Source: Gemmatimonadota bacterium (GTDB lineage: Bacteria > Gemmatimonadota > Gemmatimonadetes > Longimicrobiales > Gaopeijiaceae). Taken from it: 35,388 bases of DNA. The DNA is taken from assembly GCA_039589315.1 (NCBI GenBank), contig JBDHHQ010000050.1, forward strand, positions 1 through 35,388. Direction: 5' to 3'. Below, in pieces: positions 9,608 to 19,653 of the stretch. The notes beneath the pieces were generated by a model. The model saw only the letters and a program-made list of their open reading frames with translations, did not search any database and was not told the DNA's origin. The position numbers and the translations under genes were made by a program. Position 1 is the stretch's first letter. Every line of letters starts with the position of its first letter.

Positions 9608-10365
9608 AGGTCGGGAAAGACCGGTTGGGACAGCGTTGTCGTCAGGTAAGCGGTCCCGGCACTTCCCCCGGTCCCCTTCCTGCTCCCGATGGTCCGCTCG
9701 ACCATCTTCACGTGTCGGTACCGCCACTCCTGCAGGCCCTCGTCCACGTCAACCAGCCGCTCGCACAAGGCCGCCGTCGCGGGGTCGCCTCGATAGGCCT
9801 CGATGAGGATCTCCTGCACGGGCGCGGACGGCTCGACCGACTCGGTGACATCGCGCTCCAACAACGACGTCGGCACGGCGTAACCGGAGCGGCTGAGGAA
9901 CGCCAGGAAGGCGTCCCATAACGTGGGCTCCTCGAACCTGCGCTCGAGTTGCCGCCGGCCCCGGGTCCCCTCCGGGAAGTGGAGGACCGCGCCACGGCGC
10001 TTCACGCCGAGCACGAACTCCAGCTCACGGAACTGCGCGGACTGGAATCCGCTGGCCGCCTCGAGACGCTCCCGGAAAGACAGGAATTCCAAAGGCGTCA
10101 TCGTCTCGAGGATGTCGAGTTGGGCCACCAGCACCTTCATCACGGTGCGGACCCGCCCGAGGGTGTGCATGGCCTTCGCGCCATCGCCTCCACGGAGGAG
10201 CCCCATGCAGTAGTCCAACTCGTGGAGAATCTCCTTGAACCACAGCTCATAGACCTGGTGGATGATGATGAACAGGGGCTCGTCGTGCTCCGTCGATCGA
10301 GGCCTCTGCAGCTCGAGCAGCTCTTCCACGGCCAGGTAGCTGGCGTAGGTGAGAGGTTTGTTCAC
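9583..10365 (-). CDS. kynA: Tryptophan 2,3-dioxygenase
   Basis: LTYASYL, HDEPLFIIIHQVYELWFK, SGFQSAQFRELEF, WRYRHVKMVERTIG, GTGGSAG and FPDLW motifs; GTG 10365 with GAGGGAG SD. Confidence 0.96.
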   Translation of the reverse strand: MNKPLTYASYLAVEELLELQRPRSTEHDEPLFIIIHQVYELWFKEILHELDYCMGLLRGGDGAKAMHTLGRVRTVMKVLVAQLDILETMTPLEFLSFRERLEAASGFQSAQFRELEFVLGVKRRGAVLHFPEGTRGRRQLERRFEEPTLWDAFLAFLSRSGYAVPTSLLERDVTESVEPSAPVQEILIEAYRGDPATAALCERLVDVDEGLQEWRYRHVKMVERTIGSRKGTGGSAGTAYLTTTLSQPVFPDLWAIRSDF

Positions 10366-10460
10366 TGCGTTCTCCCTCGTGGGGCAATCCCTGGTCGTGC
10401 CGCCTTGGAAGCTCGGGTCCGCGCCCGGCTGCCGCCAGGGCGCACGGGCCCCGAATCCGG

Positions 10461-10489
10461 TTGCGACGCCCACGGCCCGGGCGTAACGT
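10461..10489 (+). promoter_or_regulatory. Putative sigma70 promoter of the TonB-dependent receptor
   Basis: TTGCGA-17 nt-TAACGT in the divergent kynA/TBDT intergenic region; implies a leader of about 125 nt. Confidence 0.5.
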
Positions 10490-10621
10490 TTGCGTCGACA
10501 GATGGGCCGGGAGCCCTGTCCCTTCCCGGCGTCCGACGAGGGGACGTGGGACCGCGCCAAGAGCCACAGTCGCGAACGGACCGCGGTTTCGGTCCGTCCG
10601 CCCTTCCGCCGGAGGATCGCC

Positions 10622-13600
10622 GTGCTTCCGTTTCCCCGTCTGACCTCCTCGGTGCCCGTGCGCAGGCTGGTGCTCGCCGCCTGCGCTTCTCTTTTCTGCG
10701 CCGGCAGCCTCGCGGCTCAGGGCGTCACGACCTCCAGCGTCACCGGCACCGTCGCCGATCAGAACGGTCAACCGCTGCCGGGCGCCCAGGTCCTCGCGAC
10801 GCACGACCCCAGCGGCACCCGCTACTCCGTCGTCGTGCGGAGCGGTGGCGTCTTCGACATCCCGAACATGCGGGTCGGCGGACCGTACACCGTGACGGTC
10901 CAGATGATCGGGTACGAGACCCAATCGGAGACCGGTGTGTTCCTTCAGCTGGGACAGGCCGCGAACCTGGAATTCGCGCTCCCCGTCCAGGCCGTGCAGG
11001 TCCAGGGGATCACGGTCACGACCGAGGCGGATCCGGTGATGAACCCCGACCGCACCGGTGCGGCGACGGTTCTCGAGCCCGGGATGGTGCTGGCTCTCCC
11101 GTCCATCAAGCGTAGCACCCGGGACCTGATCCGGGTCGATCCGAGAAACGACGGCAACTACGCCTTCGCGGGCCGGAATTGGCTCTACAACAACATCTCG
11201 GTGGACGGGTCGTACTTCAACAACTCGTTCGGCCTCGACGACCCGGTTCCCGGTGGTCAGACGTTCGCCGAGCCGATTCCGTTCGATGCCGTCGAGCAGG
11301 TCGAGGTGTCCTTGGCACCGTTCGACATACGTGAGGGGGGGTTCACCGGAGCCAACGTCAACACCGTTACCAAGAGCGGCACCAACCAGTGGCGCGGGTC
11401 TCTCTACTCCTACGTGCGCAACGAAGACCTGCAGGGGAACCAGGTCAGCGGCAATACGGTGGTGGCGAACCCGAGCCTGAAGTTCAACCAGACGGGCGTG
11501 TCCTTCAGTGGCCCGCTGGTCCGGGACAAGCTCTTCTTCTTCGTCAACGCCGAGCTGGAGCGGCGTGACGACCCGGGCAGCAACTTCGTGGCCAGCACGG
11601 GAGGCGCGCCCGGATTCGGGGAGTCCCGCGTCCAGGCGCCCGTCATGGACATGATCAGCCAGCGGCTGAGGGACGTCTACGGCTACGAGACGGGGCCGTA
11701 CCAGGACTTCGTCCACGAGACCAACAACAACAAAGCCCTCTTCAAGCTCGACTGGAACGTCAACGAGAACAACAACCTGACGTTCCGCTGGAACTACCTG
11801 GACGCCGAGCGCGACCTGCCGCCCCACCCCTTCGTGCTCAGCTTCAACAACAGCGGCCGGGGCCCCAACTCGACCAGCCTTCCCTTCCAGAACGCGGGCT
11901 ACAAGATCAACAACCAGATCAACTCCCTGGCCTTCGAGCTCAACACCAGGGGCTCGTCCTGGTCGAACCGGTTCTTCGCCAGTTGGAACAGCATGCGCGA
12001 CGAGCGCACCCCATTCAGCGTCGACTTCCCGACCATCGAGATCGGTGAGGAAGGGGTCACCTACACGACCGCCGGTCACGAGCCCTTCTCGATCCACAAC
12101 ATCCTGGACACGGACATCCTTCAGCTGACCGACAACTTCACGCTGTTCCGCGGCCGGCACAGCTTGACTCTCGGCGGCAACTTCGAGCTCTGGAACTTCT
12201 TCAACTCGTTCAACATCTTCCGTCACGGCGTGTTCTTCTTGCCGGGCAGCATCGAGGGCGTGGGCTCGACCTTCTCGAGCATCGACGAGTTCATGGCGGC
12301 CACCGACCCCGACCGGGAAGGAGGTCCCATCGACTTCCCCGGGTACGTGGGCTCGGGGCCGTTCAAGGGCGAGCTCATCGACGTCATGCAGTTCTCGCTC
12401 TACGCCCAGGACGAGTTCCAGGTTTCGTCGGACTTCCGCCTCACCTACGGGCTCCGCATGGACGTCCCGGTCTACACGACCGAGCCGGTCGACAACCCGT
12501 TCTCCCGGGGCCTGACGGCCCTGGACCAGTTCGGGGCTCCGGAGGTGGTGGATCAGAGCAGCTTGCCCGGTGCGACACCCCTGTTCTCGCCCCGCGTCGG
12601 CTTCAACTGGGACGTGACCGGCGACCGGCGGACCCAGGTCCGGGGGGGGTCGGGCATGTTCACGGGCCGGATCCCCTTCGTCTGGTACGGGAACGTCATC
12701 TCGAACCCGGGGGCGAACCCGAACCTGTTCCCGGAAGCCGATCCGGTCCCGACCCGCAAGGAGTCGGTCCTGCAACAGTCGTTCGACGTGAACGCCATGG
12801 ACGCCGATTTCAAGCTCCCGCAGGTGTGGACCACGGACCTGGCGATCGATCAGCTCCTCCCCGGTGATGCGATCGGCACGCTGGAAGTGATCTACGGGAA
12901 GGACATCAACGCCATCTTCATGCGGAACTCCGACCTCGTGCCGCCTGAGCGGCTTCTCTCCGACGGTAGGCCCTACTACGGCGGGTTTGGAAACAACGAG
13001 CTGAACCCCGACGGCGGCGCTGGGATCTACGTGATCGACACCTCCAGCGAGGGCTGGAACCTGAACATCGCGGCCCAGCTCAGGAAGCGGTGGGCATCCG
13101 GTCTGTCGGGCGTGCTCTCCTACGCCTACAACGAAGCCCGCAACAACCTGAAGTCCACCGAGATCGCCAGCGTTCTCTGGCAGAACCAGCCGGTCCAGGG
13201 CAACCCCAACCTCCCGGGGCTCAGCTACTCCGAGTTCGGACAGCGCCACCGCATCACGGCGGCCGGCTCATACCCGGTGGATTGGAGTGACAAGCTCCGT
13301 ACGACGTTCGGGTTGTTCTTCGAAGCCGCCGAGGGCGGCGTATTCACGGCAGGTGGCGGCAACCGCTACTCGTTCCTCTATGCGGGGGACGTGAACGGCG
13401 ACGGCACCGGCGGAAACGACTTGATCTACATCCCTCGGAACGAAGGCGAGATCAGCTTCGATCCCCGGGAGCTGCCGGATGGGACGATCGTGTCACCGGC
13501 GCAGCAGTGGCAGCAGCTGAACGCGTTCATCGAGCAGGACAAGTACCTCAGCAAGCACCGCGGCGAGATCGCCGAGCGCATGGGGCTACTGGGTCAGTGG

Positions 13601-13894
13601 TATCAGACCCTGGACCTGCGCATCCTCCAGGACTTCGTGTTCACCCAGGGCGCCAACTTCCACACGCTCCAGCTGAGCGTGGACTTCCTGAACTTCCTGA
13701 ACCTCCTGAGCTCGAGCTGGGGAGTCCGACAGGTGCCCAGCGCAGCGGCCCTCTCGCCCTTGCTCCTCACCCGGCTCGACGACGACGGGGAGCCCGTGTT
13801 CAACTTCACTGGCCCGTCGGAGACCTGGGTCGACGACCTGAGCGAGTTGTCCCGCTGGCGAATCCAGCTGGGGCTGCGGTACCTGTTCAACTGA
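10622..13894 (+). CDS. TonB-dependent receptor, Oar-like, with N-terminal carboxypeptidase-regulatory-like domain
   Basis: Signal peptide ending GSLAAQ; VTGTVADQNGQPLPGA N-domain; plug motif GGFTGANVNTVTKSGTN; FSPRVGFNWD; C-terminal strand IQLGLRYLFN; SD GGAGG 6 nt before GTG 10622. Confidence 0.92.
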   Translation: MLPFPRLTSSVPVRRLVLAACASLFCAGSLAAQGVTTSSVTGTVADQNGQPLPGAQVLATHDPSGTRYSVVVRSGGVFDIPNMRVGGPYTVTVQMIGYETQSETGVFLQLGQAANLEFALPVQAVQVQGITVTTEADPVMNPDRTGAATVLEPGMVLALPSIKRSTRDLIRVDPRNDGNYAFAGRNWLYNNISVDGSYFNNSFGLDDPVPGGQTFAEPIPFDAVEQVEVSLAPFDIREGGFTGANVNTVTKSGTNQWRGSLYSYVRNEDLQGNQVSGNTVVANPSLKFNQTGVSFSGPLVRDKLFFFVNAELERRDDPGSNFVASTGGAPGFGESRVQAPVMDMISQRLRDVYGYETGPYQDFVHETNNNKALFKLDWNVNENNNLTFRWNYLDAERDLPPHPFVLSFNNSGRGPNSTSLPFQNAGYKINNQINSLAFELNTRGSSWSNRFFASWNSMRDERTPFSVDFPTIEIGEEGVTYTTAGHEPFSIHNILDTDILQLTDNFTLFRGRHSLTLGGNFELWNFFNSFNIFRHGVFFLPGSIEGVGSTFSSIDEFMAATDPDREGGPIDFPGYVGSGPFKGELIDVMQFSLYAQDEFQVSSDFRLTYGLRMDVPVYTTEPVDNPFSRGLTALDQFGAPEVVDQSSLPGATPLFSPRVGFNWDVTGDRRTQVRGGSGMFTGRIPFVWYGNVISNPGANPNLFPEADPVPTRKESVLQQSFDVNAMDADFKLPQVWTTDLAIDQLLPGDAIGTLEVIYGKDINAIFMRNSDLVPPERLLSDGRPYYGGFGNNELNPDGGAGIYVIDTSSEGWNLNIAAQLRKRWASGLSGVLSYAYNEARNNLKSTEIASVLWQNQPVQGNPNLPGLSYSEFGQRHRITAAGSYPVDWSDKLRTTFGLFFEAAEGGVFTAGGGNRYSFLYAGDVNGDGTGGNDLIYIPRNEGEISFDPRELPDGTIVSPAQQWQQLNAFIEQDKYLSKHRGEIAERMGLLGQWYQTLDLRILQDFVFTQGANFHTLQLSVDFLNFLNLLSSSWGVRQVPSAAALSPLLLTRLDDDGEPVFNFTGPSETWVDDLSELSRWRIQLGLRYLFN

Positions 13895-13935
13895 CCGCGC
13901 CCGCCCGATGCCCCCCAGGCGGGCTCGTTCCTGAG

Positions 13936-13971
13936 CCGAGCGCCCCGGCCGTCCGCGGCCGGGGCGCTCGG
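13936..13971 (+). terminator. Strong stem-loop after the TBDT gene (terminator or mRNA-stabilising hairpin)
   Basis: Perfect 16-bp inverted repeat CCGAGCGCCCCGGCCG-TCCG-CGGCCGGGGCGCTCGG; the following U-tract is weak (GTCCTCT). Confidence 0.6.
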
Positions 13972-13999
13972 GTCCTCTGACACGAATAGGGGGTGCACC

Positions 14000-15205
14000 A
14001 TGCTACTTCGTCTCGGCCACCACGACTCGGGCTCCATCGGCGACGCCGCCACCTACCTCGCCCGTTTCCACGATTGGCGTCTGCCCGGCAGAGGATTCAG
14101 GGCCGAAAAGGACGGCGAGTGGTTCGCCCTGAAGTCGGCGGGAAGTGCCCAGGTGCACGATCTCCAGGAGAAGCTGCGTAGGATCGGCTTCTACCCCCGT
14201 GGCGAGATCGACGGCATCTACGGATATCGGACACGGGCGGCGGTACGCCTCTTTCAGGAGTACGTGCGCGCTGTCGAGGGGCGAGCCGACATCGGCGCCG
14301 TCGACGGCAAGGCCGGCGACAACACCCAGGCCCACATCGACCGCTGGGTCGCGGCTGAACAGCGCCCGGCCTGGGGCGGGCCCAGCGACGAGTACAGGCA
14401 AGCCTTGGACGCGCTCCGCGGCTTCAAGAAGCACTTCATGACGGACCAGCCCAAGGGCATCGAGCTGCTGAACCAGGGGGCTGCGGGCAGCTCCAGCCGG
14501 GCCGTGGCCGATTGGACCTATGACGAGGCCGATCTCCACCTGGTGGGCATCCGTCGGGGAGAGAACAAGCTGGCCACTGTGGCCGCCGGGAAGCGGGTCA
14601 GGTCCAACGACGACATCTTCGTGCTGTTGGTGAACGGCATGAGGCTCGTGTTTCGGGGGTCGACCGACCCGAGCCCCAACATGGCCAAGCGGCCGGACCA
14701 GGCGTTCCTGCTGCGAGGCCAACACGAGTACCGCTTCGGCTGGCACAAGGTCGGGGGAACGGAGGCGAATCCCGGCGGGACGCGGGTCTACCGTGCATTC
14801 AAACCGCGCGGCAGCGGACCCCTGGTGGTTCGCACACGGGACGATGTGCTCACCGAAAGCAGCTTCCACTCGGCCGCGCCCAACGCGTCCATCAACATTC
14901 ACTGGAGTGGGGCGGGGACCACCAACTGGTCCGCGGGCTGCCAGGTCATCGCGGGCCTCAAGTACGTGGACTTCCGCGGCGAGCTGGTCGATCTCGACGG
15001 CCGGGCGGCCCGGAGCTACGGTGACTTGAGCGGGACCCGGACCCGGGGGGCCTACAACGTGCTCACCGACGTCCTCGACGTCTTCGCCGAAGACGACTCG
15101 CGGACGGGCGACACGCTCCTCTACACGCTGCTGTATGAGGCGGACGTACGCGCGGTGGCGAAAGCGCCCATCGACTTCGACGCGGCAGTCGAGCTCCTGA
15201 GTTGA
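14000..15205 (+). CDS. Peptidoglycan-binding domain protein with a putative Cys/His catalytic C-terminal domain
   Basis: PG_binding_1-like VHDLQEKLRRIGFY..IDGIYGYRTRAAVRLFQ..VDGKAGDNT; C-terminal INIHW..NWSAGCQV; AGGGGGT SD. Confidence 0.75.
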   Translation: MLLRLGHHDSGSIGDAATYLARFHDWRLPGRGFRAEKDGEWFALKSAGSAQVHDLQEKLRRIGFYPRGEIDGIYGYRTRAAVRLFQEYVRAVEGRADIGAVDGKAGDNTQAHIDRWVAAEQRPAWGGPSDEYRQALDALRGFKKHFMTDQPKGIELLNQGAAGSSSRAVADWTYDEADLHLVGIRRGENKLATVAAGKRVRSNDDIFVLLVNGMRLVFRGSTDPSPNMAKRPDQAFLLRGQHEYRFGWHKVGGTEANPGGTRVYRAFKPRGSGPLVVRTRDDVLTESSFHSAAPNASINIHWSGAGTTNWSAGCQVIAGLKYVDFRGELVDLDGRAARSYGDLSGTRTRGAYNVLTDVLDVFAEDDSRTGDTLLYTLLYEADVRAVAKAPIDFDAAVELLS

Positions 15206-15212
15206 GAGCCCC

Positions 15213-17510
15213 TCAATACCCCCACTCGAAGCGGGGGTTGTAGCGGTTGAGCGTGTCGTACTGGTCGGGCCACGGCAGGGGGTACCCCTGGGCCGCCGCG
15301 GCGTGGCGCGTCCAGTACGGCTCGAAGAGGTGGGCTCGGGCCAACAGGCACAGGTCGGCGCGGCCTGCAGCCAGGATCGAGTTCACGTCCATGTAGGACG
15401 AGATGTTGCCGACGGCCATGGTGGCGATCCCCACCTCATGGCGGATCCGGTCTGCGAAGGGCGTCTGGTACTGGCGGCCGTAGCGGGGCTGCTGGTGGGC
15501 CACGGTCTGACCCGACGACACGTCGACCAGGTCGCAGCCGTGGGCTTTGAGCATGCGCGCCACCTCCACGGAGTCGACCGGCTCCATCCCCCCCGGAGCC
15601 CAATCCACGGCGGAGATCCTGACCGACATGGGCTTGTGGTCGGGCCAGACGGCCCGGACCGCGTCGAACACCTCCAGCGGGTAGCGCATCCTGTTGGCGA
15701 GCTCGCCACCGTACTCGTCGTCCCTCTCGTTGGTGAGCGGCGAGATGAAGCTGGCCAGGAGATAGCCGTGTGCGAAATGGATCTCGACGATGTCGAACCC
15801 CGCCTCGTCGGCCATCGTGGCCGCACGCGCGAACTCGTCCCGGACCCGGTCCATGTCGCCCCGGTCCATCTCCCGGGGGACCTGACTGTGAGGGAAGTAG
15901 GGGATCGGCGACGCCGACACGATGGGCCAGTTCCCTTCGTCCAGGGGCTCGTTGTCGCCCTCCCAGAGGGTCTTCGTGGACGCCTTCCTCCCCGCATGCC
16001 CCAGCTGCATACCGATCCTGGCGTGGCTGTTCTGGTGAACGAAGTCCACGATCCGCCGCCAGGCGTCGACGTGCTTCGGCTTGTACATCCCTGTGCACCC
16101 GGGCGAGATGCGCGCCTCCTCGCTCACGTCGGTCATCTCGGTCCAGATGAGTCCCGCTCCACCCACTGCTCGGCTGCCCAGGTGAACCAGATGCCAGTCG
16201 TTGGGCACACCGTCCACGGCCGTGTACTGGCACATGGGCGAGACGACCACCCGGTTGGCCACGACCATGTCCCGCACCCGGAAGGGGGTGAACGTGGGCG
16301 GCGGGAGTGGGTCGTAGCTGACGCGCACCCCGCTTTGGGCCGCCGCCTTCCCGGCGAACCACCGGTCCACCTCCCGGATCATGGCCGGATCACGGAGGGC
16401 CAGGTTGGAGTGGCTGATCCTGAGGCTTCGCGTCAGCAGGTTGAAGCCGAACTGCTCCGGCTCCATGTCCATGTATCGCTCGGTGTCCTCGAACCACTGG
16501 AGGCTGACGTGCGCGGCGCGTTGGAGGCTCTCCACCGCCGGCCTACGCTCGGCCTCGTAAGCCGCCAGAGCCGCCGGCACGTCGCCTGGGTTGGCCACCA
16601 GCGCGTCCCGGAGGGCGATGGTGTCCTCCATGGCCAGGCGTGTTCCCGAGCCGATGGAGAAGTGGGCCGTGTGGACCGCGTCACCCACCAGGATCGTGTT
16701 ACCCTGGGACCAGCGCTCGCACGTCACCGTCGGGAACCGCCGCCAGATCGATCGGTTGGCGATGAGACAGTGGCCATCCAACCGCTCCGCGAACACGCGG
16801 CTGCAGTAGTCGAGCGTGGCGGCTTCATCGTCTTCGGCGAGGCCGGAGGCGGTGAAAGCCTCGTCGGTAGTCTCCACGATGAAGGTGGAGATACACGGCT
16901 CGCCCGATGGGGCACCGGTCACCGCCGGATCCTCGTACTGGTAGGCGTGCAGACGCCAGAGCCCGTGGTCGTCCCGCTGGAAGTCGAAGGTGAATGCCGG
17001 GAAGCTCTGGGTCGTGCCGAGCCAGACGAAGCGGTTGGGCCGCAGATCGATGGAGGGCTCGAAGTGATCGGCGTGGCTGGACCGAACGAAGCTGTTGATC
17101 CCGTCGGCGCCCAGGATCAGGTCGGAATCCGCGAATTCGTCGAGACTGGCGACCTCCGTCTCGAACCGTAGCTCCGCGCCGAGCTCGCGCGCCCGCTCCT
17201 GGAGGATCCGCAGCAGTCCCGCCCGCGACATCCCCGCGAACCCGTGCCCCGTCGACCGGAGCACCTGCCCGTGGTAGTGGATGTCGATGTCGTCCCAGTG
17301 GTAGAAGTGTCGGGTTATCTCCTCGAAGGTCTCGGGATCGGCGGCTCCCAGGTCCTCCATCGTGGCGTCCGAGAAGACCACCCCGAAGCCGAAGGTGTCT
17401 TCGGGGCGGTTCCGCTCCACGACGAGCACCTCGTGAGCGGGATCCACCTTCTTCATGAGGATGGCGAAGTAGAGCCCTGCGGGCCCTCCGCCGATGCAGG
17501 TGATCTTCAA
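15213..17510 (-). CDS. abmA: Bifunctional anthraniloyl-CoA monooxygenase/reductase (salicylyl-CoA 5-hydroxylase family): FAD monooxygenase fused to an Old Yellow Enzyme domain
   Basis: IGGGPAGLYFA, DTFGFGVVFSD and GDAVHTAHFSIGSGTRLAMED (flavin monooxygenase); NRVVVSPMCQY, QLGHAGRKAS and HFAHGYLLASFISP (OYE); TTG start with GGAGGA SD. Confidence 0.9.
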   Translation of the reverse strand: MKITCIGGGPAGLYFAILMKKVDPAHEVLVVERNRPEDTFGFGVVFSDATMEDLGAADPETFEEITRHFYHWDDIDIHYHGQVLRSTGHGFAGMSRAGLLRILQERARELGAELRFETEVASLDEFADSDLILGADGINSFVRSSHADHFEPSIDLRPNRFVWLGTTQSFPAFTFDFQRDDHGLWRLHAYQYEDPAVTGAPSGEPCISTFIVETTDEAFTASGLAEDDEAATLDYCSRVFAERLDGHCLIANRSIWRRFPTVTCERWSQGNTILVGDAVHTAHFSIGSGTRLAMEDTIALRDALVANPGDVPAALAAYEAERRPAVESLQRAAHVSLQWFEDTERYMDMEPEQFGFNLLTRSLRISHSNLALRDPAMIREVDRWFAGKAAAQSGVRVSYDPLPPPTFTPFRVRDMVVANRVVVSPMCQYTAVDGVPNDWHLVHLGSRAVGGAGLIWTEMTDVSEEARISPGCTGMYKPKHVDAWRRIVDFVHQNSHARIGMQLGHAGRKASTKTLWEGDNEPLDEGNWPIVSASPIPYFPHSQVPREMDRGDMDRVRDEFARAATMADEAGFDIVEIHFAHGYLLASFISPLTNERDDEYGGELANRMRYPLEVFDAVRAVWPDHKPMSVRISAVDWAPGGMEPVDSVEVARMLKAHGCDLVDVSSGQTVAHQQPRYGRQYQTPFADRIRHEVGIATMAVGNISSYMDVNSILAAGRADLCLLARAHLFEPYWTRHAAAAQGYPLPWPDQYDTLNRYNPRFEWGY

Positions 17511-17538
17511 GGCTCCTCCGTGGCGCTTCCGATCCCTC

Positions 17539-18723
17539 TCATTCGGTTTCGGGGCGCTTCCTCGCCTCGACGAGTCGGCGCGCGATGATCATGCGCTGGA
17601 TCTCGGTGGTCCCCTCGTAGACCCGAAGCGCCCGCACGCTCCGGTACAAGCGGTCCACCGGGTGGTCCGCCAATACCCCACGGCCGCCCACGATCTGGAC
17701 GGCCTGGTCCACGACCGTCTGTGCCGCTTCCGTGGAGAACGCCTTGGCGACCGCGGCCTCCAGGGTGATGCGGTGGGCGCCCCGGTCCTTCCGCCAAGCC
17801 GCCTGATAGACGAGCAGGCGGCTCGCCACCAGGTCGGTGTACATCCGCCCCAGCTTCTCCTGGATGATCTGGAAGTCCGCCAGCGGTTGGCCGAATTGGT
17901 GCCGTGTGCCCGCGTGGGCCAGGGCCTCCTCGAGGGCCCTGGCGGCCATGCCGCAGGCGGCGGCGCCCACCGTGGGCCGCAGCCGGTCCAGCGTGGCCAT
18001 GCCGATCTTGAAGCCCTCGCCTTCGCCGCCCACCAGGCTCGCCGCGGGTACGCGGCAGTCCGTGAGGGCCAGCTCCCCCAGGGGATGTGGCGCACTCATC
18101 ACCTGGGCGCCTACGAAATCGAGGCCCGGCGTGTCCGCCGGGACGACGAAGCACGTGATCCCCCGAGTTCCCCGGTCTCGGTCCAGCGTGGCGAACACCG
18201 CGTAGAAGTCGGCGATGCCGGCGTTGGAGATGAACGTCTTGCGCCCATCGAGCACGTAGCGATCGCCGTCGCGCACGGCCGTCGTCGCCAGGGCAGCCAC
18301 GTCCGAGCCCGCGTCGGGCTCGGTCATGGCGAATGCGGCCATGGCCTCTCCCCGGATCGCGGGTCGGACCCACTGATCCAGGTGCCCCGGGTCTCCTCCC
18401 AGGATCAAGGGCGTCGAGCCCAGCGCCTGGAGCGCGAACACGGCGTCGGCCAGCGGCGATGCGGCCCCCAGTGCCTCCCGGATCAGGCAACAGGACCGAA
18501 AGTCCCGAGCTTCGATGGCCGCATACCATCCGGCCCGTCCCAGCAGCATGAGGATCTCCCGTGCCTGCCGGCGCGCCGCCGCGTCGTCCGGAGCCTCGGG
18601 CAGGGCGTCCAGCTCGACCATCAGGCTCGGCAGCCGCTCGGCCATGGCCAGATGCGGCGCGTCGAGAAATGCCTCTATGGGAGCGGGGTCCGGCGCCGCA
18701 CGGATGAGGGGGGTCGCGTCCAT
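17539..18723 (-). CDS. Acyl-CoA dehydrogenase family protein (abm-cluster type)
   Basis: [42 protein letters not shown] and [11 protein letters not shown] (catalytic Glu); directly upstream of abmA. Confidence 0.92.
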   Translation of the reverse strand: MDATPLIRAAPDPAPIEAFLDAPHLAMAERLPSLMVELDALPEAPDDAAARRQAREILMLLGRAGWYAAIEARDFRSCCLIREALGAASPLADAVFALQALGSTPLILGGDPGHLDQWVRPAIRGEAMAAFAMTEPDAGSDVAALATTAVRDGDRYVLDGRKTFISNAGIADFYAVFATLDRDRGTRGITCFVVPADTPGLDFVGAQVMSAPHPLGELALTDCRVPAASLVGGEGEGFKIGMATLDRLRPTVGAAACGMAARALEEALAHAGTRHQFGQPLADFQIIQEKLGRMYTDLVASRLLVYQAAWRKDRGAHRITLEAAVAKAFSTEAAQTVVDQAVQIVGGRGVLADHPVDRLYRSVRALRVYEGTTEIQRMIIARRLVEARKRPETE

Positions 18724-18729
18724 GGGCGG

Positions 18730-18758
18730 AGAGTAGAGTGGGGTGGACGGCCCCGCAA
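18730..18758 (-). promoter_or_regulatory. Putative sigma70 promoter, leaderless, for ACAD-abmA
   Basis: Minus strand reads TTGCGG-17 nt-TACTCT-6 nt-ATG(18723); no SD. Confidence 0.5.
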
Positions 18759-19055
18759 ACGCAGTGGCCCGCTTGCGCCTGGCGCCAACGGCCGCCCACC
18801 TTTCCCTCATTCTCGCCACCACCTTCACGGTGCACAGGAGACACTCGCCCTCATGGCACCTCTCGGCCTCCGGCCCCACCCGAGATCGGTGTGGAATCGA
18901 CAGGCCGCTGTCCTCTACACGGGCATTCGCCCGGCTGGTACATCGAGGCGCCCGACCCCCGTCTCAGCAGAAACGTCCGCGGCTTCCGGGAGCGGCCGCG
19001 GTGGGCTGGAGCAGGTACGCCCCACGCTCCCCTCACTCGAGTCAGGAGGTGGCAG

Positions 19056-19616
19056 ATGGTCTCGTTGATGTCCTTGTGGCTTCCCATCCTGCTTTCGGCG
19101 ATCATCGTCTTCGTGGCCAGCTCGGTGATTCACATGATGCTGAGCTACCACAAGAACGACTTCGTCAAGGTCCCCTCCGAGGACGCCGTTCGTTCGGCGC
19201 TGAGGGAGTTCTCCATCCCTCCGGGCGATTACATGGTGCCGTGCCCGGCGGACACCAAGGAGATGAGCTCGCCCGAGTTCATCGCGAAGCAAAACGAAGG
19301 CCCAGTCGTGTGGCTGACCGTATTGCCCAACGGACCCTGGAACATGGGCAAGAGCCTCACGCAGTGGTTCATCTACTCATTGGTGGTGTCGTACATCGCA
19401 GCCTACGTGGGGAGCCGGGCGCTGGCCCCGGGCGCGGACTACCTCTCGGTCTTCCGGTTCGTCGGTACGACAGCGTTCTGCTGCTACTCCCTCGCCCTGG
19501 CCCAGATCGCGATCTGGTACGCCCGGAAGTGGAGCTCGATCTTCAAGTCGATGTTCGATGGCCTCGTGTACGCGCTGCTGACCGCAGGCACGTTCGGCTG
19601 GCTCTGGCCATCGTAG
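19056..19616 (+). CDS. Hypothetical integral membrane protein (about 4 TM helices)
   Basis: AGGAGG SD, ATG 19056, strongly GC3-biased codons, hydrophobic helices ([38 protein letters not shown]). Confidence 0.8.
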   Translation: MVSLMSLWLPILLSAIIVFVASSVIHMMLSYHKNDFVKVPSEDAVRSALREFSIPPGDYMVPCPADTKEMSSPEFIAKQNEGPVVWLTVLPNGPWNMGKSLTQWFIYSLVVSYIAAYVGSRALAPGADYLSVFRFVGTTAFCCYSLALAQIAIWYARKWSSIFKSMFDGLVYALLTAGTFGWLWPS

Positions 19617-19653
19617 CACGGATCGCCGCCATCCGACGCGGAGCGCGCTGGGC

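Noticed and set aside
10380..10405. Possible sigma54 site upstream of kynA (GGCACG...TTGC on the minus strand)
   Set aside because: The spacing is 8 nt rather than the required 4.
10247..13249. 1000-aa antisense ORF over the TonB-dependent receptor (also 15303-17171, 17494-19068, 5072-6376 and others)
   Set aside because: Shadow ORFs expected opposite strongly GC3-biased genes; no recognisable motifs and skewed V/G/R/H composition.
18853..19068. 71-aa ORF preceded by AGGAGA in the ACAD/membrane-protein intergenic region
   Set aside because: SD spacing is long, codon usage is not GC3-biased, the peptide is low-complexity and it overlaps the next gene's start.
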